NCBI GenBank assembly: GCA_049860595.1
Contig: CP187551.1
Origin: Methanocaldococcus sp. 16A
Lineage (GTDB): Archaea > AGJL01 > Methanococci > Methanococcales > Methanocaldococcaceae
Reading direction: 5' to 3' (one strand)
DNA: 64,000 bases
Part shown: positions 23,796 to 34,726 of the stretch, piece after piece
Layout: each line of letters starts with the position of its first letter
Position numbering within the stretch: the stretch's first letter is position 1
Translations under genes and position numbers: made by a program
Notes under the pieces: model-generated
Told to the model about the DNA's origin: nothing
Databases searched by the model: none
The model's input: only the letters and a program-made list of their open reading frames with translations

Positions 23796-24518
23796 CTATT
23801 CACTATATTTCTTAACAACTTTTGTTTGGACATTTCCTTTGGTTATTTTGTTTAGATGAGCATAGAACTCTGCTTCAATACCACTTGGTATTTCAATTAA
23901 TACAATTAAAGAACCATCTGGTTGCCATTCTTCCTGTTTAACAGCTCCAAATTGATATAAAGCATTATATGCCTTAGAAGCAAATTCTGCAGGAATTTTA
24001 ACAGCAATATCTCTCTTTTCAAATCTAATGGGTAGAACCTTTTTAAGCTTTTTAACAATTTCAGGAACTTGTTCTTCAGCACTTTTGTAAATGTCAATAT
24101 TAATTCTTAACTCTTCAATTGCCTTTTCAATTCTATGTGGTGGATGTGGTGTATCTGTTTGTGGGTTTATGGTGTTTCTACTAATTATGGTTATAATTTG
24201 TCTTTTCTTTTGTTCTCTAATTTCTTCTCTCTGCTTAGCAGTTAATTGAACTTGACCTTTTAATATAATTTTTTTAGCAATTTCTTTAACATCAGTAGTT
24301 CCAAAAACCTTTGATAAAAGCTCTTCAGGGGCTTTTTCCCCTTTATTTGCGTCTCTAAACACTACCTCAACAGCTAAAAGCTCATCCATATCTACATTTT
24401 GACCTTCTTTAAGTTTAGCTGCTAAATATGGGTCAACTAAAATTTCAAATTTTTCGCCATGTGAATTATATCTTGCAATTACTGCCTCTTCTAAGGACAC
24501 CATAATATCACTCCCCAC
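23796..24518 (-). CDS. Ribosome maturation protein SBDS/Sdo1
   Basis: [30 protein letters not shown]. Confidence 0.95.
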   Translation of the reverse strand: MGSDIMVSLEEAVIARYNSHGEKFEILVDPYLAAKLKEGQNVDMDELLAVEVVFRDANKGEKAPEELLSKVFGTTDVKEIAKKIILKGQVQLTAKQREEIREQKKRQIITIISRNTINPQTDTPHPPHRIEKAIEELRINIDIYKSAEEQVPEIVKKLKKVLPIRFEKRDIAVKIPAEFASKAYNALYQFGAVKQEEWQPDGSLIVLIEIPSGIEAEFYAHLNKITKGNVQTKVVKKYSE

Positions 24519-24566
24519 ATTATATAAATGTTTCGGATAAGATTTTTAGATACCATAGAAAAATAT

Positions 24567-24660
24567 ATAGGACTTTCGCAGGAATGAATTTTTTATTGAA
24601 ATATAGACACTTAAAGGTGTCAAAGTTCCAATTTTAATATATAAACTGCAAAAGTCCTAT
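24567..24660. repeat. Palindromic MITE-like repeat (MJRE-type)
   Basis: ATAGGACTTTCGCAG...CTGCAAAAGTCCTAT; central GACAC...GTGTC hairpin; colinear with the 14346 copy. Confidence 0.88.
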
Positions 24661-24773
24661 ATAAACTATTTAATAAAACTAAAATATATTTCTCATTATG
24701 ATTCAAAAATAAAGTAAGGTTTTATATTAATAATTTAAAATAGCAGGATTTAAAAATTTTACTATGTTTTATT

Positions 24774-25541
24774 TTATTGATTCTCCTTGTTTTCTTCTTC
24801 TTTCTTATTTTCTTCATTTAATTTCTTTTTAACTTTTTCTATGAGTTTTTTTATTTCTTCTACAGAAATTTTCTTAAATTGTGAATCTTTAACTGTTATT
24901 ACACAAACATCAACATTTTCTGCTTTTATATCTTCATTTGCTTTTGCTAATGCAGTTATGGCTAACTCTAAACCTTCGTCTAATGTTATATCATCTTTAT
25001 ACTCTTTTTCTAACAGCTCCATAACTACAGGTCTTCCACTACCAATTGCAGTCGCTTTATATTCAATTAAAGCCCCACTTGGGTCTGTTTCAAATAATCT
25101 TGCTTCATTTTTATCAATTCCAGCAATTAATAATGAAACTCCAAATGGTCTAACTCCTCCATGTTGTGTATATGCTTGTTTAATATCGCAAATTTTTTTT
25201 GCTAACATTTCAATTGATATCTCTTCCCCATAAGTTAATCTGTAAATCTGAGCTTCCAATCTCGCCCTATCAATTAAGACTCTTGCATCAGCGACTAATC
25301 CAGAGGTAGCAGCAGCGACGTGGTCGTCAATTTGGAATATCTTCTCTATTGACCTAATTTTTACGAGTTTGCTTGTTATTCTTCTATCAACCGCTAATAC
25401 AACACCATCTTTACAGGCAATACCTATCGCTGTAGTTCCTCTCCTTACAGCCTCTCTTGCATATTCTACTTGATATAATCTACCCTCTGGGCTAAATACT
25501 GTAATTGCTCTATCATAAGCACTTGGTGGCACCATTTGCAT
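24774..25541 (-). CDS. psmA: Proteasome subunit alpha
   Basis: [31 protein letters not shown]. Confidence 0.97.
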   Translation of the reverse strand: MQMVPPSAYDRAITVFSPEGRLYQVEYAREAVRRGTTAIGIACKDGVVLAVDRRITSKLVKIRSIEKIFQIDDHVAAATSGLVADARVLIDRARLEAQIYRLTYGEEISIEMLAKKICDIKQAYTQHGGVRPFGVSLLIAGIDKNEARLFETDPSGALIEYKATAIGSGRPVVMELLEKEYKDDITLDEGLELAITALAKANEDIKAENVDVCVITVKDSQFKKISVEEIKKLIEKVKKKLNEENKKEEENKENQ

Positions 25542-25779
25542 GCTTTCCCTCCTAGTATAATATTAATTAAGTAATCTAAAATAAACATCAACTTTGGATG
25601 TTTTTTAGTTATTCATCTCATTATAATAAATTATTATTTTTATTCTTTTTTATTTTTATGTGTAATCTCATTTTGTTATTGGTTGTGTTAAGTATTGACA
25701 TAACCATAAATTATATATATGATGAGGTATATATGAGATTACGTTATAAAATAAATTAGAGAGTGTGTGGTGATACAGA

Positions 25780-26067
25780 ATGAAGAAGGTAGTTATATCA
25801 GATGAAGCTAAAGAGTTCATCTTAGATAAGTTAAAGAAAGCTAACCAAGATACAGTAGTTATACACTTTGAAGGGTTTGGGTGAGCTGGACCTAAATTTG
25901 GAATTTCAATAGCTCAACCAAACGAAAATGATAAACTAATCTATGACAACGAATTTAAAATCTACATCGACCCTATTGCCGACCAATGGCTTGATGAAGT
26001 TAATATCTCATTAAGAAGGTCAATATTTGGAAAGTCTCTTAAGATAAAAGGTAGTAGTGAGTGCTAA
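25780..26067 (+). CDS. HesB-like selenoprotein (95 aa, UGA=Sec at codon 35), not in ORF track
   Basis: MKKVVISDEAKEF...FEGFG-U-AGPKFGI...KGSSEC*; in-frame TGA 25882-25884; RBS GGTGA; SECIS directly downstream; spcS in window. Confidence 0.92.
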
Positions 26068-26096
26068 CCGGGAACCCAATTTTGGGACCGGTTAGC
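26063..26096 (+). promoter_or_regulatory. Archaeal SECIS element
   Basis: GCTAACCGG-GAA-CCC-AATTTT-GGG-A-CCGGTTAGC: 9-bp stem, GAA/A internal loop, three C-G pairs. Confidence 0.92.
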
Positions 26097-26533
26097 TTTT
26101 ATTATTGGATGAATTTATAATTTATACTATTTTTTTAGAGTTGATTAAATTTATAATTTTACAGTATCTACGAATATGTATTAGATATGCATTATACATA
26201 ACTACATTTAAATAATCAAATTTATCTAATAACTTACTCACTTCGACGATGAAGAATTTTAGAGACATACTTTCTTTTTTATTTCGTATTTTAATCCATA
26301 AGTTATGAATAACTCATCTAAGCATAAAAAGGAACAACCTAACTTTTGGAGAGGTTAATTTTGTTTTTATTAATGCATCTTGAAAATATTGCTAATAATC
26401 TATTTACATAGTAGTAGGCGATTTCAAAACTCCCTATGATGCGTATTTTGAAAATATTTAGTTATAATAATGGAATACTATTATGAGTAAGAATGGAGAA
26501 ATAATACAACATAATTACTAATTAGGTGGTAAA

Positions 26534-27541
26534 ATGGAGGTTTTATGCATAGATATTGGAAAAGGGACACAAGATATCCTATATATAGACACCAATAAGA
26601 ATATTGAGAACTCCATAAAGTTAATTCTTCCATCTCCAACAGTAATTTTGGCAGAAAAAATAAAGAAAATGACTGAGGACTTAAGGATAGATGGAGTTGT
26701 AATGGGGGGAGGTCCAGTAAATAAAGCAATATATGAACACATAAAAAAAGGGTTTAAGGTTGAGATATCAGAAAGTGCAGCAAGAACAATAAGGGATGAT
26801 TTAGAGGAGGTAAAAAAGAGGGGAATAATAGTTAAAGAAAGTATAGAGAACCCAAACATCATTTTTAGAGATTTAGATTTTGACATGCTAAAAAATATAT
26901 TTGCATCAATAGGAAAGGAGTTTAATCCTGACTTTGTATGTGTGGCATGCCAAGATCACGGTTTTGTTAAGGGGCAGAGTGATAGAATCACAAGGTTCAA
27001 ATACTTTGAAAATAAGTTAAAAGAGACAAACGACCCATATAAATTTTACTTTGAAGAAAAGACAAATTATTTTTCAAGGTTTGATGCAATCTTAGAAACA
27101 TTAAAAGAAAACAAATACAAAGGATTTGTAATGGATAGTAAGATCGCCTCTATATGCGGAATTTTAAACTATGCAAAGGAAAATGGCATTAATGAGTTTA
27201 TTGGTTTGGACATAGGTAATGGTCATACCTTAGGAGTTTCTATAAAAGATGGGGAAATTGTTGGATTATTTGAGCATCATACGAGACTTCTAACTCCTAA
27301 AAAATTAAAAAACATTGTCGATAAATTGGCAGATGGGTCATTAACAAACGAAGAAATATTTAATGATAATGGTCATGGAGCTGTGGTTTTAGACAGTGTA
27401 AATCCAGAAGAAATTTTAATTGCTGGACCAAATAGAGAAATGTTTAAGGATTATGGAAAATACGCATATCCTGGTGGAGATGTGATGATTACTGGGTGTG
27501 TTGGGTTATATGACGTGTTAAAATCTATAAAGGGATGCTGA
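26534..27541 (+). CDS. DUF1786-like protein (ASKHA/actin-like fold)
   Basis: IDIGKGTQD, QDHG, SDRITRF, DIGNGHT, FEHHT, GDVMITGC. Confidence 0.75.
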   Translation: MEVLCIDIGKGTQDILYIDTNKNIENSIKLILPSPTVILAEKIKKMTEDLRIDGVVMGGGPVNKAIYEHIKKGFKVEISESAARTIRDDLEEVKKRGIIVKESIENPNIIFRDLDFDMLKNIFASIGKEFNPDFVCVACQDHGFVKGQSDRITRFKYFENKLKETNDPYKFYFEEKTNYFSRFDAILETLKENKYKGFVMDSKIASICGILNYAKENGINEFIGLDIGNGHTLGVSIKDGEIVGLFEHHTRLLTPKKLKNIVDKLADGSLTNEEIFNDNGHGAVVLDSVNPEEILIAGPNREMFKDYGKYAYPGGDVMITGCVGLYDVLKSIKGC

Positions 27542-27760
27542 GCTAACCATCTCTTTCCTTTTGATGAAACTATTATAAGGTGGAGTCTTCCCGATGTAGT
27601 CAAATATAGAAGATGAAGATTATAGAAATATAAAATAGCGACCGTTATAGTTGAGTTATAGACTAAGTTTATCTAAATCTTACAAAGATAAAAATGTTTT
27701 ATTGTAATTATTATCTTCCCATTTTCTTTATCGTATTTTATGCATCACATTCAATTATAT

Positions 27761-29860
27761 TTATTTGATTATTCTTGCATCACCAATGCATCCTCCTTCT
27801 TTATCATTAAAGACAAATACTGGATTTAAATCCATTTCTTTAATATTTTTGTGGATATCCATAAATACTCCAATCTTTATTAGAGTATCTACAATAAAAT
27901 TAATATCTTTCTTAGCTCTTCCCCTAACACCCTCTAAAACTTTATATGATTTTAATTCTTTTAACATATTGAGTGCAAAGTCTCTTGTTATTGGAGAAAT
28001 TCCAAAGCTAACATCTTTTAAAACTTCAACGAACACTCCTCCTAATCCAACCATCACAACAGAGCCAAAAATATCATCCTTCTTAGCTCCTATTATAATT
28101 TCCATCTTGTCCTTTTCAATAAATTCTTCAACTAAAACTCCTTCTATAATTAAATCATCTATTCCATTTCTTTTTGCATATTCCTTAGCATTTCCAATTA
28201 ATTTTTTAAAAGCATCTTTAGGATTTTTTGGATTTATTATAACTCCTCCTGCCTCTGTCTTATGTATTATTTGTGGAGATACTATTTTCATCACACATTT
28301 ACCTAATTTTTTGCAATATTCTAAAGCTTCATCTTCATTTTTAGCTAAATAGCCTTTAGGAACTGGAAGACCATAGATGCTTAATAATTTTTTTGCTTTA
28401 TACTCGTTTGGATTTTGTAGTAATTCTTTAATAATATCTTTATTTTCTTCAGTAATTTTTAAGAACTCTTCTTTAACATGTTCTAAGTATTCATCATAAT
28501 CTTCTTTAACTTTCATCAAACTGTATTTGTATAAATGGGAGAGAGCTTTAATACCATTTTCTGGAGTTATATAGGCAGGAATTCCGTTCTTTCTTAAATA
28601 ACTCTTAGCCCCTTTAACTGAAACTCCTCCAATAAATGAAGCAATTAACGGTTTATTTTTAAATTCTTTATGGGAATTTTTAACATCTACAATAGATTTT
28701 GCTACTTCCAAAGGTTTTGTCATCTCTTGTGGAGTTAATATTACCAAAAGCCCTCTAACATTGCTATCTTCAGCTAAAACTTCTATAGCCTTTTTATATC
28801 TTTCAGGAGTTGCATCTCCTATAATATCCAATGGATTTGAGATGTTGGCAGTTGGTGGTAGAATATTTTTAAGTTTTTCTATTGTTGATTCATTAAAGTT
28901 AGCCAACTTCATGTTATAATCAACACAGCTATCAGCTGCTAAAACACCAAATCCTCCAGCGTTTGTTATAATTCCAATTTCATTTGAGCTTATGGTTGGC
29001 TGAGTTGAAAAGAGATGAATTAAATCAACTAACTCTTCAAATGTATAAGCTCTAATAATTCCAGCTTCTTTAAATGCAGCCTCATAAATAACATCTTCTC
29101 CAGCTAAAGAGCCAGTGTGGGATTTGGCAGCCTTTTTCCCAACTTCAGTTCTTCCAGATTTTAAAGCAATTATTGGCTTCTTTTTAGATAGCTTTTTAGC
29201 AACTTTTAAGAATCTCTTATCCTTTAATCCTTCTATGTATAAAACAACTATATTTGTGTCTTTATCATCTAAAAAATATTCTAATAAATCACTTTCTTGA
29301 ATATCAGCTTTATTTCCAATGCTAATAACCTTAGAAAAGCCAATATTTAAAAGAGGAGCTATATCTAATATGGCGTTTAAAACAGCCCCACTTTGTGAGA
29401 TTATTGAGACTTTTCCTTTTGGTGGGAATATCTTTGCAAATGTAGCGTTTAGGTTTATGTGAGTGTTCATAATCCCAAGACAATTAGGCCCTATAATTCT
29501 TATGCCATATCTTTTTGCTATTTCTTTAACTTTCCTCTCTAATTCATAATTTCCTACTTCTGAAAAGCCAGCTGTAATAATTACAGCCCCTTTAACTCCT
29601 TTTTTTCCACACTCCTCCAACACCTTAGGGACAACAACATTTGGAACTACTATAATTGCTAAATCTACATCATCTTTAATATCTAAAACTGATTTATAGC
29701 ATTTTATGCCAAATATCTCATCATATTTTGGATTTACAGGATAAATTTTTCCATTAAAGTCTTTTAAATTTTTTAAAATTGCATATCCAACTTTTCCTTC
29801 AGTTTTTGAAGCTCCTATAACAGCTATTGATTTTGGATAGAAAATATATTTTAAGCTCAT
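27761..29860 (-). CDS. Acetate--CoA ligase (ADP-forming), fused alpha/beta
   Basis: CoA-binding VIGAS, GPNCLG, SQSGA, SHTGSLAG phospho-His, TNAGG, ATP-grasp HKTEAGGV, DLNP. Confidence 0.93.
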   Translation of the reverse strand: MSLKYIFYPKSIAVIGASKTEGKVGYAILKNLKDFNGKIYPVNPKYDEIFGIKCYKSVLDIKDDVDLAIIVVPNVVVPKVLEECGKKGVKGAVIITAGFSEVGNYELERKVKEIAKRYGIRIIGPNCLGIMNTHINLNATFAKIFPPKGKVSIISQSGAVLNAILDIAPLLNIGFSKVISIGNKADIQESDLLEYFLDDKDTNIVVLYIEGLKDKRFLKVAKKLSKKKPIIALKSGRTEVGKKAAKSHTGSLAGEDVIYEAAFKEAGIIRAYTFEELVDLIHLFSTQPTISSNEIGIITNAGGFGVLAADSCVDYNMKLANFNESTIEKLKNILPPTANISNPLDIIGDATPERYKKAIEVLAEDSNVRGLLVILTPQEMTKPLEVAKSIVDVKNSHKEFKNKPLIASFIGGVSVKGAKSYLRKNGIPAYITPENGIKALSHLYKYSLMKVKEDYDEYLEHVKEEFLKITEENKDIIKELLQNPNEYKAKKLLSIYGLPVPKGYLAKNEDEALEYCKKLGKCVMKIVSPQIIHKTEAGGVIINPKNPKDAFKKLIGNAKEYAKRNGIDDLIIEGVLVEEFIEKDKMEIIIGAKKDDIFGSVVMVGLGGVFVEVLKDVSFGISPITRDFALNMLKELKSYKVLEGVRGRAKKDINFIVDTLIKIGVFMDIHKNIKEMDLNPVFVFNDKEGGCIGDARIIK

Positions 29861-29981
29861 AATCCCTCCCCCACATATTTTTTAGAGAAAATTTTTTATA
29901 CTGATTTTTAATATCTAATTAGAGAGTATCTCTTTTAACATTTATATACTCACCTCCCATAACGATTATGGAGGTGAGCTT

Positions 29982-30125
29982 ATGAGATTAAAAGCTATAA
30001 AAATAACAAGTAGAGATGGAGAAACATTCTTCAGATGTCCAAGATGTGGAAAAATTTTCAGATACTCAAAAGATTACACAAGACATGTAAATAAAGCTCA
30101 TGGCTATCTCTTTAAAAAAGAATAA
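29982..30125 (+). CDS. Small C2H2 zinc-finger protein (47 aa), not in ORF track
   Basis: [47 protein letters not shown]; RBS GGAGGTGA. Confidence 0.88.
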   Translation: MRLKAIKITSRDGETFFRCPRCGKIFRYSKDYTRHVNKAHGYLFKKE

Positions 30126-30134
30126 AGAATAAAG

Positions 30135-30443
30135 TTATTCTTTATAAATAAGATTTCCTTCTTCAGTTTCCACTATTTTTGGATGTAACTTTAAAAAAGA
30201 TTTTATTGCTGGTGGGATGTTCCATTCAACACCATGAACAAGCTTATCCCAATTTTCAACAAACCTCTTTTTCCCTAAAACTTCATCCAATTTTCCTCTA
30301 AGTTTTTCAATAACAATTTTGTCCTTGGTAAAGCTTTTTATTCTATAAGCCCCTCTTTTAGTTTTTGAATAAAAAATTTTGTCTTCATCATAGTAATTTT
30401 TTGCTATTTCCAACAACTCTCTCCAGACCTCTTTAGGTCTCAT
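30135..30443 (-). CDS. Hypothetical protein
   Basis: ORF with RBS AGGTGAT and host-like composition. Confidence 0.75.
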   Translation of the reverse strand: MRPKEVWRELLEIAKNYYDEDKIFYSKTKRGAYRIKSFTKDKIVIEKLRGKLDEVLGKKRFVENWDKLVHGVEWNIPPAIKSFLKLHPKIVETEEGNLIYKE

Positions 30444-30488
30444 ATTATCACCTTATATATAAATAAATTTTTAATTTAAGGTGGTTAT

Positions 30489-31793
30489 ATGAATTTTTTG
30501 ATTCAGCAAAGAAAGAAAGATAGTGAAAAAAATTTGAAAGAAAAATTAAAAAGATATAGAAAAAAATTGAGAGACAGTAGAATTAAAGAAAAGTTAAAAG
30601 AAATGCCATTAAACATGAATAAATACTTAACTGACATTTATACTGGAGGAATTATTAAAAAATATCCAGAGGATTTTGTTGTTGAGGAAATTACACCAGA
30701 AGGTATTATTTTAGAAGTTGGAAAAAGTATAGAGTTTAAAGATGTTGAAAATTGGAAAGGAAATTATATTCATTTCACTTTAGAGAAGAGAAATTGGACG
30801 ACCTTAGATGCTATTAGAGAAATAGCTAATAGAGTAGGAAAGCAAAGAAAACATTTTGGATTTGCTGGAAATAAAGATAAATATGCAATAACTACTCAAA
30901 GAGTAGGATGTTTCAATGTAAAATTAGAAGATTTAATGAATGTTAAGATTAAGGGCATTATATTGAGAGACTTCCAAAAAACAAATAGAAAAATAAGGTT
31001 AGGGGATTTGTGGGGGAATAGATTCACTATAAGAGTTAGAAATCCAAAACTTAAAGGAAAAGAGTTAGAGGAGATTTTAAATAAGTTATGTAAGTTGAAA
31101 TATTTCCTAAATTACTATGGTGTTCAAAGATTTGGGACTACAAGACCAATAACTCATATTGTAGGTAGGTTTATTATAGAGAGGGATTGGGAAGCTGCCT
31201 TTCATGCATATTGTGGAACTCCTCTCCCTTATGATGATGAAAAATCAAAATTAGCAAGAGAGTTGGTTGATGAAGAAAACTTTAAAGAAGCATATAAAAA
31301 ATTTCCAAAGGCATTCTTTTATGAAAGAAGGATGATTAAAGCTTATATAGAAACTGGGAGCTATCAGAAGGCGTTTATGATTCTTCCACCATATTTAAGA
31401 TGTATGTTTATAAATGCCTATCAATCATATTTATTCAATGAGATAATTAATAGAAGGTTTGAGTATGGTTTTGAACCAATGGAAGGGGATATTTTGATTG
31501 ATAATATTCCAACTGGGGCATTATTTGGTTATAAAACAAAATTTGCTTCTGGGATACAGGGAGAGATTGAGAGAGAAATTTATGAAAGAGAGGGATTAAA
31601 ACCAGAAGATTTTAAGATTGGTAAGTTTGGTTCATTTATTGGAGATAGAAGAAAACTTATTGAAAAAATATACAATATGAAATATTGGATTGAGACAGAT
31701 AGTTATGTTTTACAGTTCTGTTTAAAAAAAGGAAATTATGCAACTTCAGTTTTAAGAGAGTTTATAGAAGATAAAAATAAAAAAGATGAATAA
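30489..31793 (+). CDS. truD: tRNA pseudouridine(13) synthase TruD/Pus7
   Basis: PEDFVVEE, AGNKDKYAITTQ, GNRF, NYYGVQRFG, GNYAT. Confidence 0.95.
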   Translation: MNFLIQQRKKDSEKNLKEKLKRYRKKLRDSRIKEKLKEMPLNMNKYLTDIYTGGIIKKYPEDFVVEEITPEGIILEVGKSIEFKDVENWKGNYIHFTLEKRNWTTLDAIREIANRVGKQRKHFGFAGNKDKYAITTQRVGCFNVKLEDLMNVKIKGIILRDFQKTNRKIRLGDLWGNRFTIRVRNPKLKGKELEEILNKLCKLKYFLNYYGVQRFGTTRPITHIVGRFIIERDWEAAFHAYCGTPLPYDDEKSKLARELVDEENFKEAYKKFPKAFFYERRMIKAYIETGSYQKAFMILPPYLRCMFINAYQSYLFNEIINRRFEYGFEPMEGDILIDNIPTGALFGYKTKFASGIQGEIEREIYEREGLKPEDFKIGKFGSFIGDRRKLIEKIYNMKYWIETDSYVLQFCLKKGNYATSVLREFIEDKNKKDE

Positions 31794-31796
31794 CTT

Positions 31797-32291
31797 TTAT
31801 TTTTTAATTTTAATGAAATCACCTAAGGTAAAGCCATTGTCATCTCCACTACCATAATATGTACTCTCTTCCCCAACATTCTCAGTTAAAGTAATTTTTA
31901 ACTCTTTCTCTAATAATTTAATTTCTTTTTCATTTGGCTCTAATTCATACCTTTCAAATTTTTGTAATGTAGAGGCTTTCATCTTAAGTTTTTTTGCAAG
32001 GTCTTCAATTGTTAAACCTCTTTTCTCTCTAGCTTCTCTAATAACATCACCATAATCTTCTCTCAACATTGGTAAGGTATCAAAGATATCTCTTTTTCTT
32101 TTTTTAACAGGTTTATTAGTAGATGATATTGAACTTCTTCCAATTATTGTAGTTTTTTTACCAAATCTTGAATATGTTTTTGGACTTTTTCCAAATTTAG
32201 CACATTCTTTACAAACTTGCATTTCAGAACCTTCAATCATTACCTTGTAAAGCTTATCTGTAAGCTTTCCGCACAATTCACACATTTTCAT
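31797..32291 (-). CDS. Archaeal MBF1 (Zn ribbon + HTH)
   Basis: CELCG...[23 protein letters not shown]. Confidence 0.92.
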   Translation of the reverse strand: MKMCELCGKLTDKLYKVMIEGSEMQVCKECAKFGKSPKTYSRFGKKTTIIGRSSISSTNKPVKKRKRDIFDTLPMLREDYGDVIREAREKRGLTIEDLAKKLKMKASTLQKFERYELEPNEKEIKLLEKELKITLTENVGEESTYYGSGDDNGFTLGDFIKIKK

Positions 32292-32389
32292 AATACTATC
32301 CCTCAAAAATGTAATAACATTTATATATTATGGAGTTCATTTATAATTTTATTAAATAATTTTAGTTATATATTGGTTGTGGTGAAATT

Positions 32390-32560
32390 ATGGAAAGAGA
32401 AAAGTTAATAAAAAAACTTCTTCACACATTGCACCATACAGAAGAGCATTTTGAAGCAATAATAAACCAATTAAAAGAACTCGGCTTAGAAACTAAGGAG
32501 TATGAAGAGCTATACAATAAATTAAAAGAGTTAAATGAAAATATTAAGAAAAATCTATAA
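32390..32560 (+). CDS. Small His-containing helical protein (56 aa), not in ORF track
   Basis: MEREKLIKKLLHTLHHTEEHFEAII...NL*; RBS GGTGA. Confidence 0.75.
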   Translation: MEREKLIKKLLHTLHHTEEHFEAIINQLKELGLETKEYEELYNKLKELNENIKKNL

Positions 32561-32570
32561 AATAAATTAA

Positions 32571-33665
32571 TTATCCAAGAATTATTCCTGCAATATAACC
32601 ACAAATTGTTGAAAATATTACAACTAAAGCTAAATAAGTTGCTGCCTTGGTTTTTCCTAATATCTTTGAGATTGTTAAAACTGTAGGAATACTTAAGCTT
32701 GGTCCTGCTAATAATAAAGCCATTGCCGGACCAACACCCATACCAAGTTCCATTAGAGCTTTTATAATTGGAACTTCTGTTAATGTGGCAAAATACATTA
32801 AAGCCCCAATGAATGAAGCTATGAAATTAGCTTGTAAAGAGTTTCCTCCAACGTAATTGGCTATGTAGCTTGGTGGGATAATAGCTTTAATAACTCCTGC
32901 TATAGCAACCCCAATAATTAGCAGTGGGAATACTATTTTTAATAAAACAAATGTTTCTCTAAGCCAACTTTCAATTTCATCTTTTTTAAACCACATTTTT
33001 GTTGTTATAGCTAAGATAATCCCAAGTATTATAAATAGTAAATGTTTTAGTAAAAATCCATCATATAATGGCATTGATAATGTTGGAAACAGCTTAGGTG
33101 AAGCAGTTATCACAAGTAGCATAATAAATTGCAGTGCAAAGAATATTATTGTTTGATATAAAGGTCTATTTGATATTTTATCTGCTTTTATGTTTAATTT
33201 TCTTCTCTTTTCTTCTTTTCTAAATATCATCTCCATTGATAAACCTATAAATATTGAAACAATTATAGCAAACACTGCTCTTAAAAATCCAATATCCCAT
33301 CCAAGTAATGCCGCTGAATAAAATATTGCCAAAACATTAATTGCTGGACCAGAGAATAAAAATGTTGTTGCCGGTCCTATTCCTGCTCCTCTTTTGTATA
33401 TACTGGCAAACAATGGAAGAATTGTGCAAGAACAAACAGCTAATAGAGTTCCACTGATAGCAGCAACACTATAAGATATATACTTTGGTGTGTTTGAACC
33501 AAAATACTTTATAATAAAGTTTTTGTTAATCATTGATGCAATACCTCCAGCCATGAAAAAGGCTGTTAATAATGCTAAAACTCTATTTATGCTTAAATAA
33601 TCAATAATTGTGTTTATCATAACGTTAATAATGTGAATTATAAAACTTGTGGCATCCATTTTCAT
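32571..33665 (-). CDS. ArsP/DUF318-family permease
   Basis: AVCSCTILP, FLFSGPAIN, MYFATLTEVP, LLAGPSLS. Confidence 0.88.
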   Translation of the reverse strand: MKMDATSFIIHIINVMINTIIDYLSINRVLALLTAFFMAGGIASMINKNFIIKYFGSNTPKYISYSVAAISGTLLAVCSCTILPLFASIYKRGAGIGPATTFLFSGPAINVLAIFYSAALLGWDIGFLRAVFAIIVSIFIGLSMEMIFRKEEKRRKLNIKADKISNRPLYQTIIFFALQFIMLLVITASPKLFPTLSMPLYDGFLLKHLLFIILGIILAITTKMWFKKDEIESWLRETFVLLKIVFPLLIIGVAIAGVIKAIIPPSYIANYVGGNSLQANFIASFIGALMYFATLTEVPIIKALMELGMGVGPAMALLLAGPSLSIPTVLTISKILGKTKAATYLALVVIFSTICGYIAGIILG

Positions 33666-33835
33666 CCCCTCTTGATTCTTCTCCTTCCTTTTAGTGAATT
33701 TATATCATAGGTCATTTTTTCTCCACAATCTGGACAGTTTGGAAGTTCCACCTCTGATGCCATGCATGGGCAGACATCTACTTTGTATCTCATTCTTTTT
33801 CCACACTTTGGACAGATTAAGTTCCAGACAATCAT
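33662..33835 (-). CDS. Small Cys-rich zinc-ribbon protein (57 aa), not in ORF track
   Basis: MIVWNLICPKCGKRMRYKVDVCPCMASEVELPNCPDCGEKM...RG*; RBS GGTGAG; stop overlaps permease start (ATGA). Confidence 0.85.
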   Translation of the reverse strand: MIVWNLICPKCGKRMRYKVDVCPCMASEVELPNCPDCGEKMTYDINSLKGRRRIKRG

Positions 33836-33922
33836 CTTCTCACCATAAATCTACATATTTAACTTAATTAATTAAAATATCTATAAAAATAAGAATTTAA
33901 ATGAGTAATCTTCTAATCATTC

Positions 33923-34171
33923 TTATTTACCCTCCAAATAACTTTTTAACTCTTCTTTAATTTCTTCAACAGATGGAATTTTACCTTCAAAAACAACTAC
34001 ATCATCAAACGCAACTCCTGGAGCTACAAAAATCCACTCTGCTATTTCATTTATATCAGTAACTTTAACAATCTCTGCATCTATGCCAAGTTCTTCAACT
34101 GCCTTTTTAACATTTTCATAGGTTTGATTGCATTTTGGACAACCGGTTCCAAACACTCTTATCACTACCAT
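33923..34171 (-). CDS. MTH895-family small thioredoxin-like redox disulfide protein
   Basis: GTGCPKC, GKIPS. Confidence 0.9.
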   Translation of the reverse strand: MVVIRVFGTGCPKCNQTYENVKKAVEELGIDAEIVKVTDINEIAEWIFVAPGVAFDDVVVFEGKIPSVEEIKEELKSYLEGK

Positions 34172-34252
34172 ATTGTTCCACCGAAATTTAATAGGAAATA
34201 ACTAATATTTATAGATAATTTTTGATTTGGTTTATATATTTTAATTTTACAA

Positions 34253-34726
34253 CTAACCCCTCTTCACTATCAAAACTGGTTTGTCTGATTTTTTAATAAC
34301 ATTTTCAGTAACTGAACCAAGCAAGATGTCTTTTAAGTTGGTTTTTCCATGAGAGCCCATTATAATCACATCAACATTTTCTTCTTCTGCAATTTCAACA
34401 ATTTTTTCATGTGGATTTCCTACAATAACAATGTCTTTAACTTTAAATCCAATGTCTTCAAGTTCTTTTTTAATTTTTTCCATTTTGTCTTTTGCTTCTT
34501 CACTAAGTTTCTTTTTTAATTCATTTTCTAACTCTTCTATTGATTTGTTCAATCCAGCAACACCCAATATCAAGGAGAATATATCTTTCTTTTTAATATC
34601 GTTCTCATCTATAATATGCAGTAAAATAACCTCCTCCCCCCCAAGGTTTTTAAATGCTTTGACATGCTTTAATACCATCTCAGCCACTTCAGAAAAGTCT
34701 GTTGGATATAGAATTTTTTTATACAT
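34253..34726 (-). CDS. Universal stress protein (MJ0577-like)
   Basis: KKILYPTDFS, MGSHG...LLGSVTENV. Confidence 0.95.
   Translation of the reverse strand: MYKKILYPTDFSEVAEMVLKHVKAFKNLGGEEVILLHIIDENDIKKKDIFSLILGVAGLNKSIEELENELKKKLSEEAKDKMEKIKKELEDIGFKVKDIVIVGNPHEKIVEIAEEENVDVIIMGSHGKTNLKDILLGSVTENVIKKSDKPVLIVKRG

Noticed and set aside
22234-25541. No exosome genes in the psmA-SBDS-rpl37ae-rpoP cluster
   Set aside because: Known loss in Methanococcales; not novel
26100-26520. ~400-bp intergenic stretch that might be a gene relic
   Set aside because: No frame gave a recognisable protein and no clear structure was seen
27530-27620. DUF1786-like gene ends in Cys-TGA followed by an open frame and a slightly GC-richer stretch with CTGA and TGATGA
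   Set aside because: No GAA/A SECIS hairpin, so no case for Sec read-through; box order does not give a convincing C/D RNA
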